32,000 nucleotides of DNA from Hungatella hathewayi. GTDB taxonomy: Bacteria; Bacillota; Clostridia; Lachnospirales; Lachnospiraceae. The stretch lies in NCBI RefSeq assembly GCF_025149285.1, contig NZ_CP102274.1. One strand, 5' to 3'. Made by a program: the position numbers and the translations under genes. Positions 30,492 through 32,000 of this stretch are shown here, piece after piece. The notes below the pieces were generated by a model. That model was not told the DNA's origin and did not search any database. It saw only the letters and a list, made by a program, of their open reading frames with translations. The stretch's first letter is position 1, and each line of letters begins with the position of its first letter.

Positions 30492-31571
30492 ATGATGAGA
30501 GTTGGAATGCTTACAAGCGGCGGCGACTGCCAGAGCTTAAACGCGACAATGCGCGGTGTTGCGAAGGCGCTGTACAGAATGTATGACGATGTGGAAATAA
30601 TTGGTTTTGAGGACGGATACAAGGGCCTGATCTATGCAGATTACCGTGTTATGAAGCAGTCGGAGTTTTCAGGAATTCTGACAGAAGGCGGGACAATCCT
30701 TGGCACCTCACGGCAGCCGTTCAAACTGATGCGTACGCCGGATGAGAACGGACTGGACAAGGTAGAAGCGATGAAGCACACCTATAAAAAGCTGAAGCTG
30801 GAATGTCTCGTTGTTCTGGGAGGAAACGGCAGCCAGAAGACAGCGAATCTTCTTCGCGAGGAAGGGCTGAATATCATTCATCTGCCGAAGACCATTGATA
30901 ACGATTTATACGGAACCGATGTGACTTTTGGTTTTCAGAGCGCCATTAACGTGGCGACCAATGCCATAGACTGCATCCACACCACGGCGGCATCCCACGG
31001 CCGCGTATTTATTGTGGAAGTCATGGGACATAAAGTGGGCTGGCTCACCCTGTACGCAGGAATCGCAGGAGGCGCAGACATAATTTTACTTCCCGAGATT
31101 CCCTACGATCTGGATATTGTGGTGGAAGCTTTAAAGAGCAGGACAAAGAGGGGAAAACGCTTCTCTATCCTTGCAGTGGCAGAAGGCGCCATATCGAAGG
31201 AAGATGCCGCTCTCACCAAGAAAGAACTGAAAGAAAAGAAAAAAAGCGGAGTGATCTATCCGTCAGTCGCTTATGAGATTGGCGCTCAGATTACAGAGCG
31301 CACGGGCCAGGAAGTCCGTGTGACTGTTCCGGGCCATATGCAGAGAGGCGGCGAACCGTGTCCGTATGACAGGGTTCTTTCCACGCGTCTTGGCGCAGAG
31401 GCTGCTTATCTGATTAAGAATAAGGAATACGGCAAAATGGTGGCGGTTATCAACAATGAGATTGTGAAGGTGCCGCTGGAAGAAGTTGCAGGAAAATTAA
31501 AGACGGTCGATCCTGAGAGCTCTATCATTAAGGAAGCCAAGATGATAGGTATCAGCTTCGGCGATGAGTAA
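30492..31571 (+). CDS. pfkA: ATP-dependent 6-phosphofructokinase
   Basis: The blocks VGMLTSGGDCQSLNA, LVVLGGNGS, PKTIDNDL, EVMGH and HMQRGG are the PFK family motifs. ATG 30492 lies 7 nt after GGGGTG; the track begins at TTG 30489. Confidence 0.9.
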   Translation: MMRVGMLTSGGDCQSLNATMRGVAKALYRMYDDVEIIGFEDGYKGLIYADYRVMKQSEFSGILTEGGTILGTSRQPFKLMRTPDENGLDKVEAMKHTYKKLKLECLVVLGGNGSQKTANLLREEGLNIIHLPKTIDNDLYGTDVTFGFQSAINVATNAIDCIHTTAASHGRVFIVEVMGHKVGWLTLYAGIAGGADIILLPEIPYDLDIVVEALKSRTKRGKRFSILAVAEGAISKEDAALTKKELKEKKKSGVIYPSVAYEIGAQITERTGQEVRVTVPGHMQRGGEPCPYDRVLSTRLGAEAAYLIKNKEYGKMVAVINNEIVKVPLEEVAGKLKTVDPESSIIKEAKMIGISFGDE

Positions 31572-31584
31572 GGAGCCATAGAGC

Positions 31585-32000
31585 ATGTCATATACGGCAT
31601 TATACCGGAAATGGCGTCCGGCTTCCTTTGAGGATGTCAGAGGCCAGGACCATGTAGTACAGACATTAAAAAACCAGATGGTATCCGACCGTATCGGACA
31701 TGCATATCTGTTCTGCGGTACCAGGGGTACCGGTAAGACCAGTATTGCAAAGATATTTGCAAAAGCGGTTAACTGTGAGAGCCCGGTGGACGGCAGTCCC
31801 TGTGGAGAATGCCGGACGTGTAAGAACATCGCGGCAGGTTCTTCCTTAAACGTGGTGGAGATCGACGCCGCTTCCAATAACGGCGTCGAGAATATCCGTG
31901 AGATCAGGGATGAGGTTCAGTATCCTCCTACAGAAGGAAAATACCGGGTTTATATTATTGATGAGGTTCATATGCTTTCTACGGGAGCCTTCAACGCCCT
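31585..32000 (+). CDS. dnaX: DNA polymerase III subunit gamma/tau (5' partial, runs off the window)
   Basis: It is not in the track because no stop codon falls in the window. From ATG 31585 (SD aaggag) it reads MSYTALYRKWRPASFEDVRGQDHVVQTLKNQ...HAYLFCGTRGTGKTSIAKIFAKAVNC...GSPCGECRTC...IDEVHMLS, which covers the canonical DnaX N-terminus, Walker A, zinc module and Walker B. Confidence 0.92.
   Translation, partial: MSYTALYRKWRPASFEDVRGQDHVVQTLKNQMVSDRIGHAYLFCGTRGTGKTSIAKIFAKAVNCESPVDGSPCGECRTCKNIAAGSSLNVVEIDAASNNGVENIREIRDEVQYPPTEGKYRVYIIDEVHMLSTGAFNA

Overview
This is a chromosomal window from a Firmicute, probably Clostridia or Lachnospiraceae-like. That guess rests on strong GGAGG-type ribosome-binding sites, a long Bacillus-type SRP RNA and the tadA-ffs-dnaX synteny. 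From left to right the window holds: an oleate hydratase; an orphan family-5 ABC substrate-binding lipoprotein; a DUF436/HIT pair; an RpiR-regulated GH1 6-phospho-beta-glucosidase plus PTS EIIBC operon; a MerR/GyrI-like regulator; and an XRE repressor facing a small unannotated ORF. Next comes a seven-gene yhfZ-Y-T-U-S-X-W-type cluster (GntR-like regulator, PRD-only protein, membrane transporter, DUF2620, two PLP enzymes, DeoB-like phosphomutase). I know of no experimentally assigned substrate for it, and it is my best candidate for an undescribed system. After it lies an accessory islet bounded by two unrelated, apparently intact IS elements. One is an IS3-family element with 27-bp inverted repeats, a 3-bp duplication and an A7G frameshift site. 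The other is an IS1202/ISNCY-like element with a 28-bp target duplication. The islet carries a three-gene ABC-2 exporter, a 52-aa ORF, and a 27-aa holin-like toxin ORF whose SD lies in a perfect hairpin. The IS3 element appears to have split a bidirectional terminator and a convergent promoter, which together look like a type I toxin-antitoxin locus. The right third holds nagB, a 711-aa protein with folded termini and a roughly 450-aa acidic repeat-bearing linker, a stand-alone nrdG, a heavily nested inverted-repeat region, tadA, SRP RNA, pfkA and the 5' part of dnaX. No CRISPR array, tRNA or rRNA was seen. All homology calls come from motif recognition by eye, not from database searches.
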